Source: Myxococcaceae bacterium (GTDB lineage Bacteria > Myxococcota > Myxococcia > Myxococcales > Myxococcaceae). From it: a stretch of DNA of 64,000 nt. The notes beneath the pieces were generated by a model. The model was given only the letters and a program-made list of their open reading frames with translations. It searched no databases and had not been told where the DNA came from. The stretch lies in NCBI GenBank assembly GCA_035543115.1, contig DATKKF010000008.1, positions 11,404 through 75,403 of the forward strand, given 5' to 3'. Positions 49,074-57,560 of the stretch are shown here, one piece after another. Numbering within the stretch: position 1 is the first letter of the stretch; the number at the start of each line of letters is the position of its first letter. Made by a program: the position numbers and the translations under genes.

Positions 49074-49916
49074 GTGCCGCGAATGCCCCGTCTCCTTCTC
49101 CTCGCCTCGCTGCTGCTCGTGCGCCCGCTGCTCGGGGCCGCGCCTCCCCTGGACTTCGACGCCGGGCGCGGGGCCCGCGAGGTGGGCATGGGCGGCACCT
49201 TCCGCGAGCTGGGCATCGGCGCGAACGCGGCCGACGGCAACCCCGCGGCGATGGCGCTGTTCCAGGCGTACCAGCTGGAGTTCGCCGGCGGCTATGACTG
49301 GAAGTCGAAGGGCTGGTACGCGGCGGGGTGGGCGCGCGACAGCACCAACCCGGAGCTGTCCGGCGCCTACAGCCTCCACTACATCTCCAACGACTACGGC
49401 GGGGGCAACGTGGGGCAGTGGGCCCACTCGCTGTCCATCGGCACGCGGCTGGGCGACCGGGTGGCGTTCGGCCTCGGCGGGCGCTGGCTCATCCAGAGCA
49501 CGCCGAAGATCAACGCCGCGAGCCTCAACCTCGGCCTCTCCGTTTTGGTCATCCCCCAGCTGACTCTGGGCGTCGCCGGATACAACCTCATCGACACCCA
49601 CCACCCCGAGCTGTCGCGCAGCTTCGAGGTGGGGTTCGGGGTTCTTCTCGGTCCGGTGCGCCTGGCGACCGAGGTCCGGAGCGACATCGGGCGCGGGCCG
49701 CTGCAGCCCATCTGGAACAGCGGGGTCGAGGTCTTCCTGGGCCGCAGCTTCGCCCTGCGCGGCGGCTGGGAGTGGCGCGAGCCGGTGCAGCAGAACTTCG
49801 TCACCGCGGGGCTGGGCTTCGTGTTCGACAACGCCGGGCTGGACATCGGCTGGCGGCACGGCCTCGCCGGCGCAGGCGACCTCATCGTCGGCGGGCTGCG
49901 GATCCAGCTGCAGTGA
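49074..49916 (+). CDS. Putative outer-membrane beta-barrel protein
   Basis: It has a signal peptide and alternating beta-strand patterns. It also has the motif MGGTF..GIGANAADGNPAAMA, seen in several OM barrel families. An alternative ATG is at 49083. Confidence 0.6.
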   Translation: MPRMPRLLLLASLLLVRPLLGAAPPLDFDAGRGAREVGMGGTFRELGIGANAADGNPAAMALFQAYQLEFAGGYDWKSKGWYAAGWARDSTNPELSGAYSLHYISNDYGGGNVGQWAHSLSIGTRLGDRVAFGLGGRWLIQSTPKINAASLNLGLSVLVIPQLTLGVAGYNLIDTHHPELSRSFEVGFGVLLGPVRLATEVRSDIGRGPLQPIWNSGVEVFLGRSFALRGGWEWREPVQQNFVTAGLGFVFDNAGLDIGWRHGLAGAGDLIVGGLRIQLQ

Positions 49917-50826
49917 GCAGCTCGGGCGCGTCCTCCGGCGGGACGACGCCCAGGGCGGTGAACCAGGGCTCGAGGTCTGCCGGCAGTGGGGCCAGGAGCC
50001 GGAGCGGGGCCCCGGTGCGCGGGTGCGGAAGCACCAGGAGATGGGCGTGGAGCAACGAGCGGTCGACCTCCCGGCCCGGGAGGCGCGCCACCCCACCGTA
50101 GAGGCGATCGCCGGCGATCGGCGCCCCGAGCGCGGCGAGATGGACGCGGATCTGATGCGTGCGGCCGGTGCGCGGCCACACCGCGGCGAGCGCGAGCTCG
50201 GGCGTGCCTCCGAGCCGGCGGAAGCGCGTCTCGGCCTCCAGGCCGTCGCGGGCCCGGGCCATCCAGCGTCCGGGCCGCGTCCGGTCACGCGCCAGGCGCA
50301 GGGTGCACATGCCCTCCGGCGGAAGGTCCGGACCGGTGACCGCGAGATACTGCTTGCGCGCGGCGCCGGTGCGGAAGCTCGCGGCGAGCGCCGAGGTGGC
50401 GGCCTGCGACTTGCCGAACACCGTCACCCCGCTGGTGTCCCGGTCCAGGCGGTGAACGAGGCCGGCGGCGCGGCCGAGGTGGGTCGAGGCGAGGAGGAGG
50501 AGGCTCCTGACGCCACCCGGCGTGGGCTGCGCGGGCAGACCTGGCGGCTTGTCCACCGCGAGGAGATCCTGGTCCTCGTGGAGGATGCGCAGCGGGGCGG
50601 GGCCGGGTGGAGCGGCAGTGGAGGCCCGACCTGCTTCCTCGAGCACCACCAGGACCGGGCTGTCCGCGGGGACGGCCACCGCCGGATCGCGCTGACGGCG
50701 TCCGCGGACGTAGACCGCGCCGCGCTCGACGAGCGTGCGGGCCTCGTCCTCCGGGCACCCGAGCTCCGCCGCGACGCTCCGGACGAGCGGACCAGCCGCG
50801 GGGGTCTGGAATGCCCTCCGCTTCAC
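49882..50826 (-). CDS. RluA-family pseudouridine synthase
   Basis: HRLDRDTSG is the catalytic motif, and ..TGRTHQIRVH is also present. GTG start. The gene overlaps the convergent barrel gene by 35 nt. Confidence 0.88.
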   Translation of the reverse strand: MKRRAFQTPAAGPLVRSVAAELGCPEDEARTLVERGAVYVRGRRQRDPAVAVPADSPVLVVLEEAGRASTAAPPGPAPLRILHEDQDLLAVDKPPGLPAQPTPGGVRSLLLLASTHLGRAAGLVHRLDRDTSGVTVFGKSQAATSALAASFRTGAARKQYLAVTGPDLPPEGMCTLRLARDRTRPGRWMARARDGLEAETRFRRLGGTPELALAAVWPRTGRTHQIRVHLAALGAPIAGDRLYGGVARLPGREVDRSLLHAHLLVLPHPRTGAPLRLLAPLPADLEPWFTALGVVPPEDAPELLTAAGSAARRR

Positions 50827-50888
50827 GCCCGAGGGGTCCCGATGCTCGCCTTGACCGGTGAATCAACCTCCTGGCAGCGTGCCCGGCC

Positions 50889-52037
50889 ATGACCACCTTG
50901 GCGAGGGCGGTGCAGAACCTCGGGCGCTCCGGGCCGGTGCTGCGTGAGGCCTCGGCGAGCGGGAACCTCCGGGTGCTGGCCTCGCTCCTCGGACCGGCGT
51001 ACCGGGGGCTGGTAATGCAGGAGGCGCGTGGCGCCCGGAGCACCGCGATGCAGGCCGAGCACCGGGCCGTCTTCGACTGGAGCTACCTGCGCGATCGCCC
51101 TCAGCTGTCCCGGCTGTACGAGGCGGCGAAGAGCTCGCAGTGGAATGGCTCGACCGACCTCGACTGGTCCACCCCCGTCGATCCGCTGGATCCGGAACAC
51201 CCGCTCATCCCCGAGGACTTCCATCCGGTGTCCACCACCCCTGCCTGGCGGACGCTCGGGCCCGAGGAGCGGATGAAGCAGCAGCATGATCTCCTGGCGT
51301 GGCTCCTCAGCCAGTCGCTCCACGGAGAGCAGGGCGCGCTCTTCGCCGCGTGCCAGGTGACCGAGGCGGTGCCGTGGCTCGACGCCAAGCTCTACGGCAG
51401 CAGCCAGGTGGTGGACGAGGGTCGGCACGTCGAGGTGTTCCACGGCTACCTCACCCGGAAGCTGGAGAAGCTCTACGAGATCAACGACAACCTCTACACC
51501 ATCGTCGACGCCCTGATGACCGACTCCCGCTGGGACATGAAGTTCCTCGGGATGCAGATCATGATCGAGGGGCTGGCGCTGGGGGCGTTTGGCACGTTCC
51601 GGCAGATCACCGGCGAGCCCTTGTTGAAGAGCCTCCTCACCTCCGTCATCACCGACGAGGCCCGGCACGTCCACTTCGGCGTGCTCGCGCTCCAGGAATG
51701 CTTCCAGCAGCTGAGCGACCGGGAACGGAAGGAGCGGGAGGACTGGGCCTTCGAGGTCTCGCTGCTGCTCCGGAACCGCTTCCTGGCCTGGGAGTTCTAC
51801 GAGGAGCACTGGGCACACGCCTTCAAGCGCTCCGAGTGGGAGCGGCTGAGCGTCGCCAGCAGGCTGATGGGGGCCTTCCGGCAGACGATGTTCAAGCGCA
51901 TCGTCCCCAATCTGAAACGCATCGGACTGCTCTCGGACCGCATCCGTCCCCGCTACCACGCCCTGGGCCTGCTGGCGTTCGAGACCGGTCGCGCTGCGCC
52001 CGAGCTCACCGCGACCGACCTCCTCGAGGACCGGTAG
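50889..52037 (+). CDS. Ferritin-like diiron oxygenase-family protein (AurF-like layout)
   Basis: There are two E...DE.RH units: HGEQGA..x..DEGRHVEVF and IEGLALG..x..DEARHVHFG. The true start may be an internal ATG. Confidence 0.8.
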   Translation: MTTLARAVQNLGRSGPVLREASASGNLRVLASLLGPAYRGLVMQEARGARSTAMQAEHRAVFDWSYLRDRPQLSRLYEAAKSSQWNGSTDLDWSTPVDPLDPEHPLIPEDFHPVSTTPAWRTLGPEERMKQQHDLLAWLLSQSLHGEQGALFAACQVTEAVPWLDAKLYGSSQVVDEGRHVEVFHGYLTRKLEKLYEINDNLYTIVDALMTDSRWDMKFLGMQIMIEGLALGAFGTFRQITGEPLLKSLLTSVITDEARHVHFGVLALQECFQQLSDRERKEREDWAFEVSLLLRNRFLAWEFYEEHWAHAFKRSEWERLSVASRLMGAFRQTMFKRIVPNLKRIGLLSDRIRPRYHALGLLAFETGRAAPELTATDLLEDR

Positions 52038-52055
52038 CAAGGCGAGACTGACCCG

Positions 52056-53531
52056 ATGGCGTCACTGAACGGGCTGCGCGTCGAGGCCGAAGCGTGGCTC
52101 GAGGAGCTGGGCCGGGCCCGGGCGCAGGCCGCGCCGGGCGTGGCGCCGCTCGGGGCGGTGGACCAGGCCCACCGCGAGGTGGTCTCGCCGGACACGGCCC
52201 GCGCGGTCGGCGCGCTGCTCGCCTCGAGCCGGGTGCCGGAGCCGGAGCTGCCGCGGCTGAGGCTGCTGGCGCGGTTCCTCGAGGACGCCTCGCTCCAGGC
52301 CGCGGCGCGCGAGGGCCGGACGGCGCTCGAGGCCTCGCGCTGGCGCAGCGTGCCCGAAGCAGGGCTCGAGGCGCCGCTGGCGGAGGCCGAGGCCGAGCTC
52401 CCCGAGACCGACGAGCGCGCCGCGCGGCTGCAACGCGAGGCGGCGGTGAACCGGGGCTGGGAGGCGCTCCTGTCGAAGGCGCAGCGGGTGCAGGCCGAGC
52501 TGGCCGACGGGGCGAGCGCGCTCGGGGCGGTCAGCCTCCCGGCGCTGCTCGACGCGCGGCGGGACCCGGCCTGGAAGGTGCTCGACACCGACGGCTTCCT
52601 GCGCGCGACCGAGGACGCGTACCGCGACGTGCTGGGCTGGGCGCTGGGGAAGGTGGCGCCCCGGCTCCTTCCGCTGCCCCGCGGGGACCCGACCCTCGCC
52701 GACCTCGACCGGGTTCGGGCGCTGCCCGGTTACCCGGGGGCGCTCGCGGCGGCGGACGAGGCGCTCCGGGCATGGGCGGGCCGGCTGCCGGACTCCGCGG
52801 AGCGCGCGCGAAATCTCCGTACGAGGACGGTGCCCGCGGCTGCCGCCCGAGCCATCCCGGTCGACGTCCCGGAGCAGATCGAGCTGTTGCTTCCGGCGGA
52901 GAGGACCGACGCCGAGGCGCCGCGACGCTTGTTCTGGACCGGCTGCGCGCTGCACCTCGCGTCGGTGGAGTCGGAGGCTCCGGTGGAGCACCGCTGGATG
53001 GGCGACCGCGCAGTGGTGGCTGCCTCGGGGTGGGTGGTGCGCGGCCTGCTGTGGCACGAGCGCTGGCTGCGGGGCGCGCTCCAGGTCGGGCGGCCTGGGG
53101 CGCGCGAGGTGGCCCGGATGGAGGCGCTGGTGGCGCTGGCAACGCTCAGGGCCGAGGCGGCCCTCGACCCGCATCGCCGGGCGATGGCCAGCTCGGGACC
53201 GACACTGCAGCGACTTGCCGAGGCAGCCGAGGCGGTGTCTGCCGCCTTGCGGGTCCGCGTGGGACGGGGCCGCGCGCTGGGGATGGTGGCGGACCTCGAC
53301 GTCACCCGGCGACAGCTTCGCGCGGCGGCGCTCGCGAGCTGCCTGTGGGCCGAGGCGGACCGGCGGTTCGACGCCGACGAGTTCCGGAACCCGGTCGCCG
53401 CCCGGTGGCTCGTCGCCATCTGGAGCCGGGGCGCACCCGAGGCACCGGAGCAGATGGCCCCGGCGTTGTGCGCGACCCCGCTCGGGCTCGAGCGGCTCGG
53501 GGCCGAGCTGGTGGCGGTGCTCGGCGCCTGA
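52056..53531 (+). CDS. Hypothetical 491-aa Ala/Leu/Arg-rich helical protein
   Basis: A long ORF that starts 16 nt after the diiron gene. I recognise no motif and there is no HExxH. The coding call rests on length, position and the absence of a better ORF on either strand. Confidence 0.6.
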   Translation: MASLNGLRVEAEAWLEELGRARAQAAPGVAPLGAVDQAHREVVSPDTARAVGALLASSRVPEPELPRLRLLARFLEDASLQAAAREGRTALEASRWRSVPEAGLEAPLAEAEAELPETDERAARLQREAAVNRGWEALLSKAQRVQAELADGASALGAVSLPALLDARRDPAWKVLDTDGFLRATEDAYRDVLGWALGKVAPRLLPLPRGDPTLADLDRVRALPGYPGALAAADEALRAWAGRLPDSAERARNLRTRTVPAAAARAIPVDVPEQIELLLPAERTDAEAPRRLFWTGCALHLASVESEAPVEHRWMGDRAVVAASGWVVRGLLWHERWLRGALQVGRPGAREVARMEALVALATLRAEAALDPHRRAMASSGPTLQRLAEAAEAVSAALRVRVGRGRALGMVADLDVTRRQLRAAALASCLWAEADRRFDADEFRNPVAARWLVAIWSRGAPEAPEQMAPALCATPLGLERLGAELVAVLGA

Positions 53532-53567
53532 GCCAGCCTGCGGAGCGGCGAGGGCGTCGCCCGTCCT

Positions 53568-53849
53568 TCAGCGGCGGCCGCGAAGGGCGCGGACGATCTT
53601 CGACTTCGCCGGCGAGGGCATGCGCGGCACCCGGGCCCGGGCCTGGCGTGCGAGCTGGAGCTCCAGGACGAGCAGCTCGTCGGCAAGCTCGCTTCCCTCC
53701 GGCCCGATGCGGGCCAGCGGAGCGTCGGCGCGGACGCCGACGCCGTGGAGCATCCGGACGGCGCGCTCCTCCACCGGAGCCAGGTGGCGGTCCTGCGTGC
53801 GCAACGCCTCGGTGACGGCTCCGGCCTGCTTCTTCGGCGTGCGCTCCAT
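53568..53849 (-). CDS. Small basic protein, weakly sigma-70 region-4-like
   Basis: GAGGAAG lies upstream of ATG 53849. The segment PVEERAVRMLHGVG loosely resembles the sigma region 3.2/4 ..E..VL.LRFGL.. Confidence 0.5.
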   Translation of the reverse strand: MERTPKKQAGAVTEALRTQDRHLAPVEERAVRMLHGVGVRADAPLARIGPEGSELADELLVLELQLARQARARVPRMPSPAKSKIVRALRGRR

Positions 53850-54002
53850 GGCTTCCTCGTCCCGCTGTCCCACCTCTGAACGGGCGTCCAGAGGAGCCGC
53901 TCCAGAACCGCGGCCTTCCGACACCTTACGGGCCGGTCATGGGAGATCAACTTTTCGAGCGCGAGCGGCCCGGGGGGGCCGAAAACCCGAGCGGGACCGG
54001 GC

Positions 54003-55040
54003 CTATCCGGAGGTGTCCTCGTCCACCTCGGTGTCCACCCCGGCGTCGGCCGTGGCCTTTCGCTGGATGCCGAAGCGGTCGAGCGCGTCGGCGATGCCCT
54101 CGGGCTTGTCAGCGTCGGGGAGGTGCCCCTCCGGCGCCTGGATGGCAATGGGCTTTCCCACGTCCTTGATGCGCTCGTCGAGCAGCACGTGAAGCTGGGC
54201 CGGAGCGATGCCCTTCTCGCCTGGGACGGCGAGGGTCCCGTCGAGGTGGGCGCGGAGGACGACGGCGGTGGCCGAGTCGACCAGCACCTCGCCCGCGAGC
54301 TTCTTCGGCTGCCGCTGGTCCATGAAGCGCTGGCGGCGGGCGCTGTCCTCGTCGAGCCCTCCGCGGGCATAGGCGACCGGTGGCGGCGTTCCTCCCTTTG
54401 TGGCCTTGACCTGCGCCGGGGCGTCGGCGAGGCGGACGGTGTAGCGAACCGCGGGACGTCCCTCGACCGAGGTGGGCCCATCGAGCGCGAGCTCGAGCCG
54501 GCCCTGGAAGAGACCATCCAGCTCCCGGAGCGCGCCGGCGATCTCGTCGCGGGTGCGCTCGGCGATGCCGCGGTCGCGGAGGCGGAGGCGGTACTTCCCG
54601 TACTTGCTGCGGGCGAAGACCTGCCCCCGGGCACGAACGACCTCCAGTCCCTGGTCGCGGCTGTTGTCGATGCGGGCGTGGAAGTCGCCGGAGACGCCGC
54701 CGGCGGCCGACTCGAGGAGCCGGTTCTCGGTGAGCTTCACCGTGTCCTTCCCGGCGGTCCAGGTGAACGAGACCTCCGCGCTGAACCGCTGCGGCCCCAC
54801 CCGCTCGGTCACCTCGGCGGGACCCATGTCCAGCACCCGGTGGGCGAGCTTGGGGTCCGAGCCGAGCTTCTGGGCGTCGAGGCTCTCCTTGGCCGAGGCG
54901 ACCACCGCCGGCGGAGCTTCCGGCGAGAAGATGCGCTCCTTGGCTGCGCGGTCGACCGGGTCGGTGCAGGCAGCGAGCAGCGCCAGCCCGGCGGTGAGGA
55001 GACGGGAAGAGTGCGGCACGGAACGCGGCGACCCTAGCAC
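54003..55040 (-). CDS. Lipoprotein of unknown function
   Basis: Lipobox GLALLAAC with a GTG start. An alternative GTG is at 55019. Confidence 0.7.
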   Translation of the reverse strand: MLGSPRSVPHSSRLLTAGLALLAACTDPVDRAAKERIFSPEAPPAVVASAKESLDAQKLGSDPKLAHRVLDMGPAEVTERVGPQRFSAEVSFTWTAGKDTVKLTENRLLESAAGGVSGDFHARIDNSRDQGLEVVRARGQVFARSKYGKYRLRLRDRGIAERTRDEIAGALRELDGLFQGRLELALDGPTSVEGRPAVRYTVRLADAPAQVKATKGGTPPPVAYARGGLDEDSARRQRFMDQRQPKKLAGEVLVDSATAVVLRAHLDGTLAVPGEKGIAPAQLHVLLDERIKDVGKPIAIQAPEGHLPDADKPEGIADALDRFGIQRKATADAGVDTEVDEDTSG

Positions 55041-55087
55041 GGGACTTCCGCCCGGAACCGGGACGTGGTGAGAAGCGTCCCGCCACC

Positions 55088-55801
55088 GTGCAGAACCTCC
55101 GCGACAAGCTCCTCAAGGCCGGTCTGGTCACGGCCGAGCAGGCAGAGAAGGCCACCGAACCGACTCCGCGTCCCGAGCGGCGTCGCGAGCGCCCGGACCG
55201 CCCCGCGCCGGCGTCCGGGAAGACGGGCGGCCCGTGGATGGTGGTGCGGCCGCAGCCGCTGTCCACCATCCCCAAGCTTCCCCCGCTCGCCGGGAGCAAG
55301 GCCTCGCAACGGCTGGAGGCCAGGCGCCAGCTGGAGCACGATCGTCAGCTCCGTGAGCGGGTGCTCGCCGCGCAGGTGGCGGTCGAGCCGGGCGAGCGGA
55401 CGTTCCACTTCGTGACCCGGAAGAACCGGTTGCGCCGACTCGAGCTGTCCGACGCGCAGGCCGAGGCGCTCGAGCAAGGCCGGCTGGCAGTGGTGGAGCG
55501 GCCGGACCCGGCGCAGATCGAGCACGCGCTGGTGCCGGCCGAGCTCGCGCTGTCGCTGGTCGCGGAGTTCCCGAAGGCGGTGCGCTTCCTGAACGCGCCC
55601 GGCGCGCCGGTGGGCTTCCTCACCGACGAGGAGGTCAAGGCGCGCGCCGCGGCCGAGGCCGCCGAGACCCCCGAGGAGCGGGCCGCCGCCGACGCGCCCG
55701 AGAGCGAGGACCAGCGGGCCGAGGAGGCAGCCGACGCCTCCGAGGCGGTCGCGCCGGTCGAGGCGACCGCCGCCGGGCGGTCGGGCAGCGACGCGCCCTG
55801 A
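55088..55801 (+). CDS. DUF2058-like protein
   Basis: The N-terminus (M)QNLRDKLLKAGLVTAEQAEK matches the DUF2058 opening motif as I remember it. The C-terminal tail is acidic. Confidence 0.65.
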   Translation: MQNLRDKLLKAGLVTAEQAEKATEPTPRPERRRERPDRPAPASGKTGGPWMVVRPQPLSTIPKLPPLAGSKASQRLEARRQLEHDRQLRERVLAAQVAVEPGERTFHFVTRKNRLRRLELSDAQAEALEQGRLAVVERPDPAQIEHALVPAELALSLVAEFPKAVRFLNAPGAPVGFLTDEEVKARAAAEAAETPEERAAADAPESEDQRAEEAADASEAVAPVEATAAGRSGSDAP

Positions 55802-55905
55802 GCCCCGCGGTGGCCTCGAGGGGGCGGGCGCCGGGTCTTCAGGGCGTCACATCGAGCGCAGGATTCGACGCGCCATCCGGCGGCGACGATGACAGTTCGG
55901 TGCGC

Positions 55906-56586
55906 ATGACCGGGAACGACTGGACAGCGGCACTCGAGGCGACCGGACACGGAGTCATTCGAGGGCTCCTCGAGCCGACCGAATGCGCCGCCACCGCCGC
56001 GCTGTACGACGAGCCCGGCCGCTTCCGCTCGAAGGTCGTGATGGCGAGGCACGGCTTCGGTCGAGGCGAGTACCAGTACTTTGCCCATCCGCTCCCCGAG
56101 CGCGTGTCGGCGCTCCGCCGGTCGCTGTACGAGGCGCTGGTCCCGGCGGCGAACCGCTGGGCGGAGGCGCTCGGCAAGGTGACCCGGTACCCGGACCGGC
56201 TCGAGGAGTACCTCGACCGCTGCCACGCCGCGGGCCAGACCCGGCCCACTCCCCTGCTGCTCCGCTACCTGCCGGGGGACTTCAACTGCCTGCACCAGGA
56301 CCTCTACGGGCCGGCGGCGTTCCCTTTCCAGGTGGCGGCGCTCCTCAGCAGGCCCGAGGTGGACTTCACCGGCGGCGAGCTCGTGCTCACCCAGCAGCGT
56401 CCCCGGATGCAGTCGCGGGTGGACGTGGTGCCGCTCGCGCAGGGAGATGCCGTCGCATTCGCGGTCGACGAGCGGCCCGTCCAGGGGGCCCGCGGCCTGT
56501 ACCGGGTGCGGATGCGGCACGGCGTCAGCGAGGTCCGCACCGGCCGCCGGCACACACTGGGGATCATCTTCCACGACGCGGAGTGA
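55906..56586 (+). CDS. 2OG-Fe(II) oxygenase of the PF09859-like family
   Basis: RYP..LEEYLDRCHAAGQTRPTPLLLRYLPGDFNCLHQDLYG...FTGGELVLTQQRPRMQSR...RHGVS..R.G.RHTLGIIFHDA. Confidence 0.85.
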   Translation: MTGNDWTAALEATGHGVIRGLLEPTECAATAALYDEPGRFRSKVVMARHGFGRGEYQYFAHPLPERVSALRRSLYEALVPAANRWAEALGKVTRYPDRLEEYLDRCHAAGQTRPTPLLLRYLPGDFNCLHQDLYGPAAFPFQVAALLSRPEVDFTGGELVLTQQRPRMQSRVDVVPLAQGDAVAFAVDERPVQGARGLYRVRMRHGVSEVRTGRRHTLGIIFHDAE

Positions 56587-56601
56587 GCCGTCCGCGCAGG
56601 C

Positions 56602-57001
56602 TCATCGGCGAGGCGCGGCGATCGCTTCGACCTCGACGAGGAGGTCATCCCGGACGAGGGACTTCACCTCGACCAGCGTGCTCGCTGGACGGGGGCCATC
56701 ACCGAGGAAGCGTTCGCGGGACCTCGCGGAAGACGGCAACTTGCGAGGCGTCGCGCACGTCCCAGTTGAGCTTGACGACGTCGGCGAAGGACGCCCCGGC
56801 CGACTCGAGCCCCGTCTGCAGATTCCGGAACACCTGCTCGGTCTGGGCTCGGACGCCACCCGGACCCACCACGTTGCCCTTCGCGTCGAAGGCGACCTGT
56901 CCGGCGACGTACACCATGCGCCCGGCAGGAACGTCAACCACGTGGGTGTAGCCTCGGGGAGGGGCGAGTCCGGGCGGATTGGAGAAGGTCGAAGCAGGCA
57001 T
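56602..57001 (-). pseudogene. ridA: RidA-family (YjgF/endoribonuclease L-PSP) gene carrying a +1 frameshift
   Basis: The N-terminal 93 codons read in the frame of track ORF 56699..57511 (MPASTFSNPPG..GYTHVV..VYVAGQVAFD..), preceded by GGAGGA. The C-terminal RidA signature (..RERFLGDGPRPASTLVEVKSLV..VEVEAIA) is in the frame of ORF 56602..56937. The span is 400 nt, which is 3n+1. Confidence 0.7.
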
Positions 57002-57246
57002 GGTGGATCCTCCGGAGTGAGCGCAGGAGAGGGCGCCGGCGACGAGCAAGGCGGGGGTCAGGGGGAAGCGCTGCCCTGCGCCGCACGGGCGAGCTGCTCC
57101 GTTGAGTGACGTTGCCCCGGGAGGAGGGCGGGTTCCATCTCGGTGACGGTCCGGGCAGGGACCAGGCTGGCCTCGCCCCGGGCGTTCGCGGTTCATCACG
57201 GGAAACCCCGTCTTCCCCGGAGCGACGGCACGATCGGAACGCCAAG

Positions 57247-57263
57247 TTGCATCCCACGTCCCG
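57247..57263 (-). promoter_or_regulatory. Sigma-54-like -24/-12 element (copy R2)
   Basis: The minus strand reads cGGGACG-tggg-aTGCAa. The consensus is TGGCACG-N4-TTGCW, and the GG-N10-GC spacing is correct. Confidence 0.3.
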
Positions 57264-57312
57264 AAACGGCCAGTCGCCCGGGAGCGGACCGGCGCGTGGT
57301 GGCTCCCGAGCG

Positions 57313-57355
57313 TTCCAAGAAGCTTCCCAAACCGCGTTGGCGAAGCCGTTTGGAA
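57313..57355. other. Long imperfect inverted repeat (potential RNA hairpin or protein-binding site)
   Basis: TTCCAA-..-GCTTC-CCAA-[accgcg]-TTGG-.-GAAGC-...-TTGGAA gives about 15 bp of pairing in three blocks. Confidence 0.35.
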
Positions 57356-57414
57356 TGCCCGACGACTGCCCGGCGGCCCCCCCCGTTCCTCGGAGATCGT
57401 TCGGGGACACCCGA

Positions 57415-57431
57415 TTGCACTCCACGTTCCG
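57415..57431 (-). promoter_or_regulatory. Sigma-54-like -24/-12 element (copy R1)
   Basis: The minus strand reads cGGAACG-tgga-gTGCAa with GG-N10-GC spacing. It lies within a ~32-nt segment that is ~72% identical to the R2 neighbourhood. Confidence 0.3.
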
Positions 57432-57560
57432 AAAATGGTCCGGAGCGCCGGACATCGTCCATGCGCGCTGCCCAGAGCGCCCCGAGTGGCGCAGGCCCTC
57501 CGGAAGCGCACCGCGACCGAGCACCCTGCCTGGACGTCTTTCCCAGGGCCATTCCGGTGC

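Noticed and set aside
57002-57222. An in-frame N-terminal extension of ridA (MNRERPG...RFPLTPALLVAGALSCAHSGGST) that would give it a lipoprotein-like signal.
   Set aside because: The extension is Pro/Gly/Arg-rich and not protein-like, and the hydrophobic stretch has no usable start or n-region. A strong GGAGGA lies 7 nt before ATG 57001. RidA proteins are normally cytosolic.
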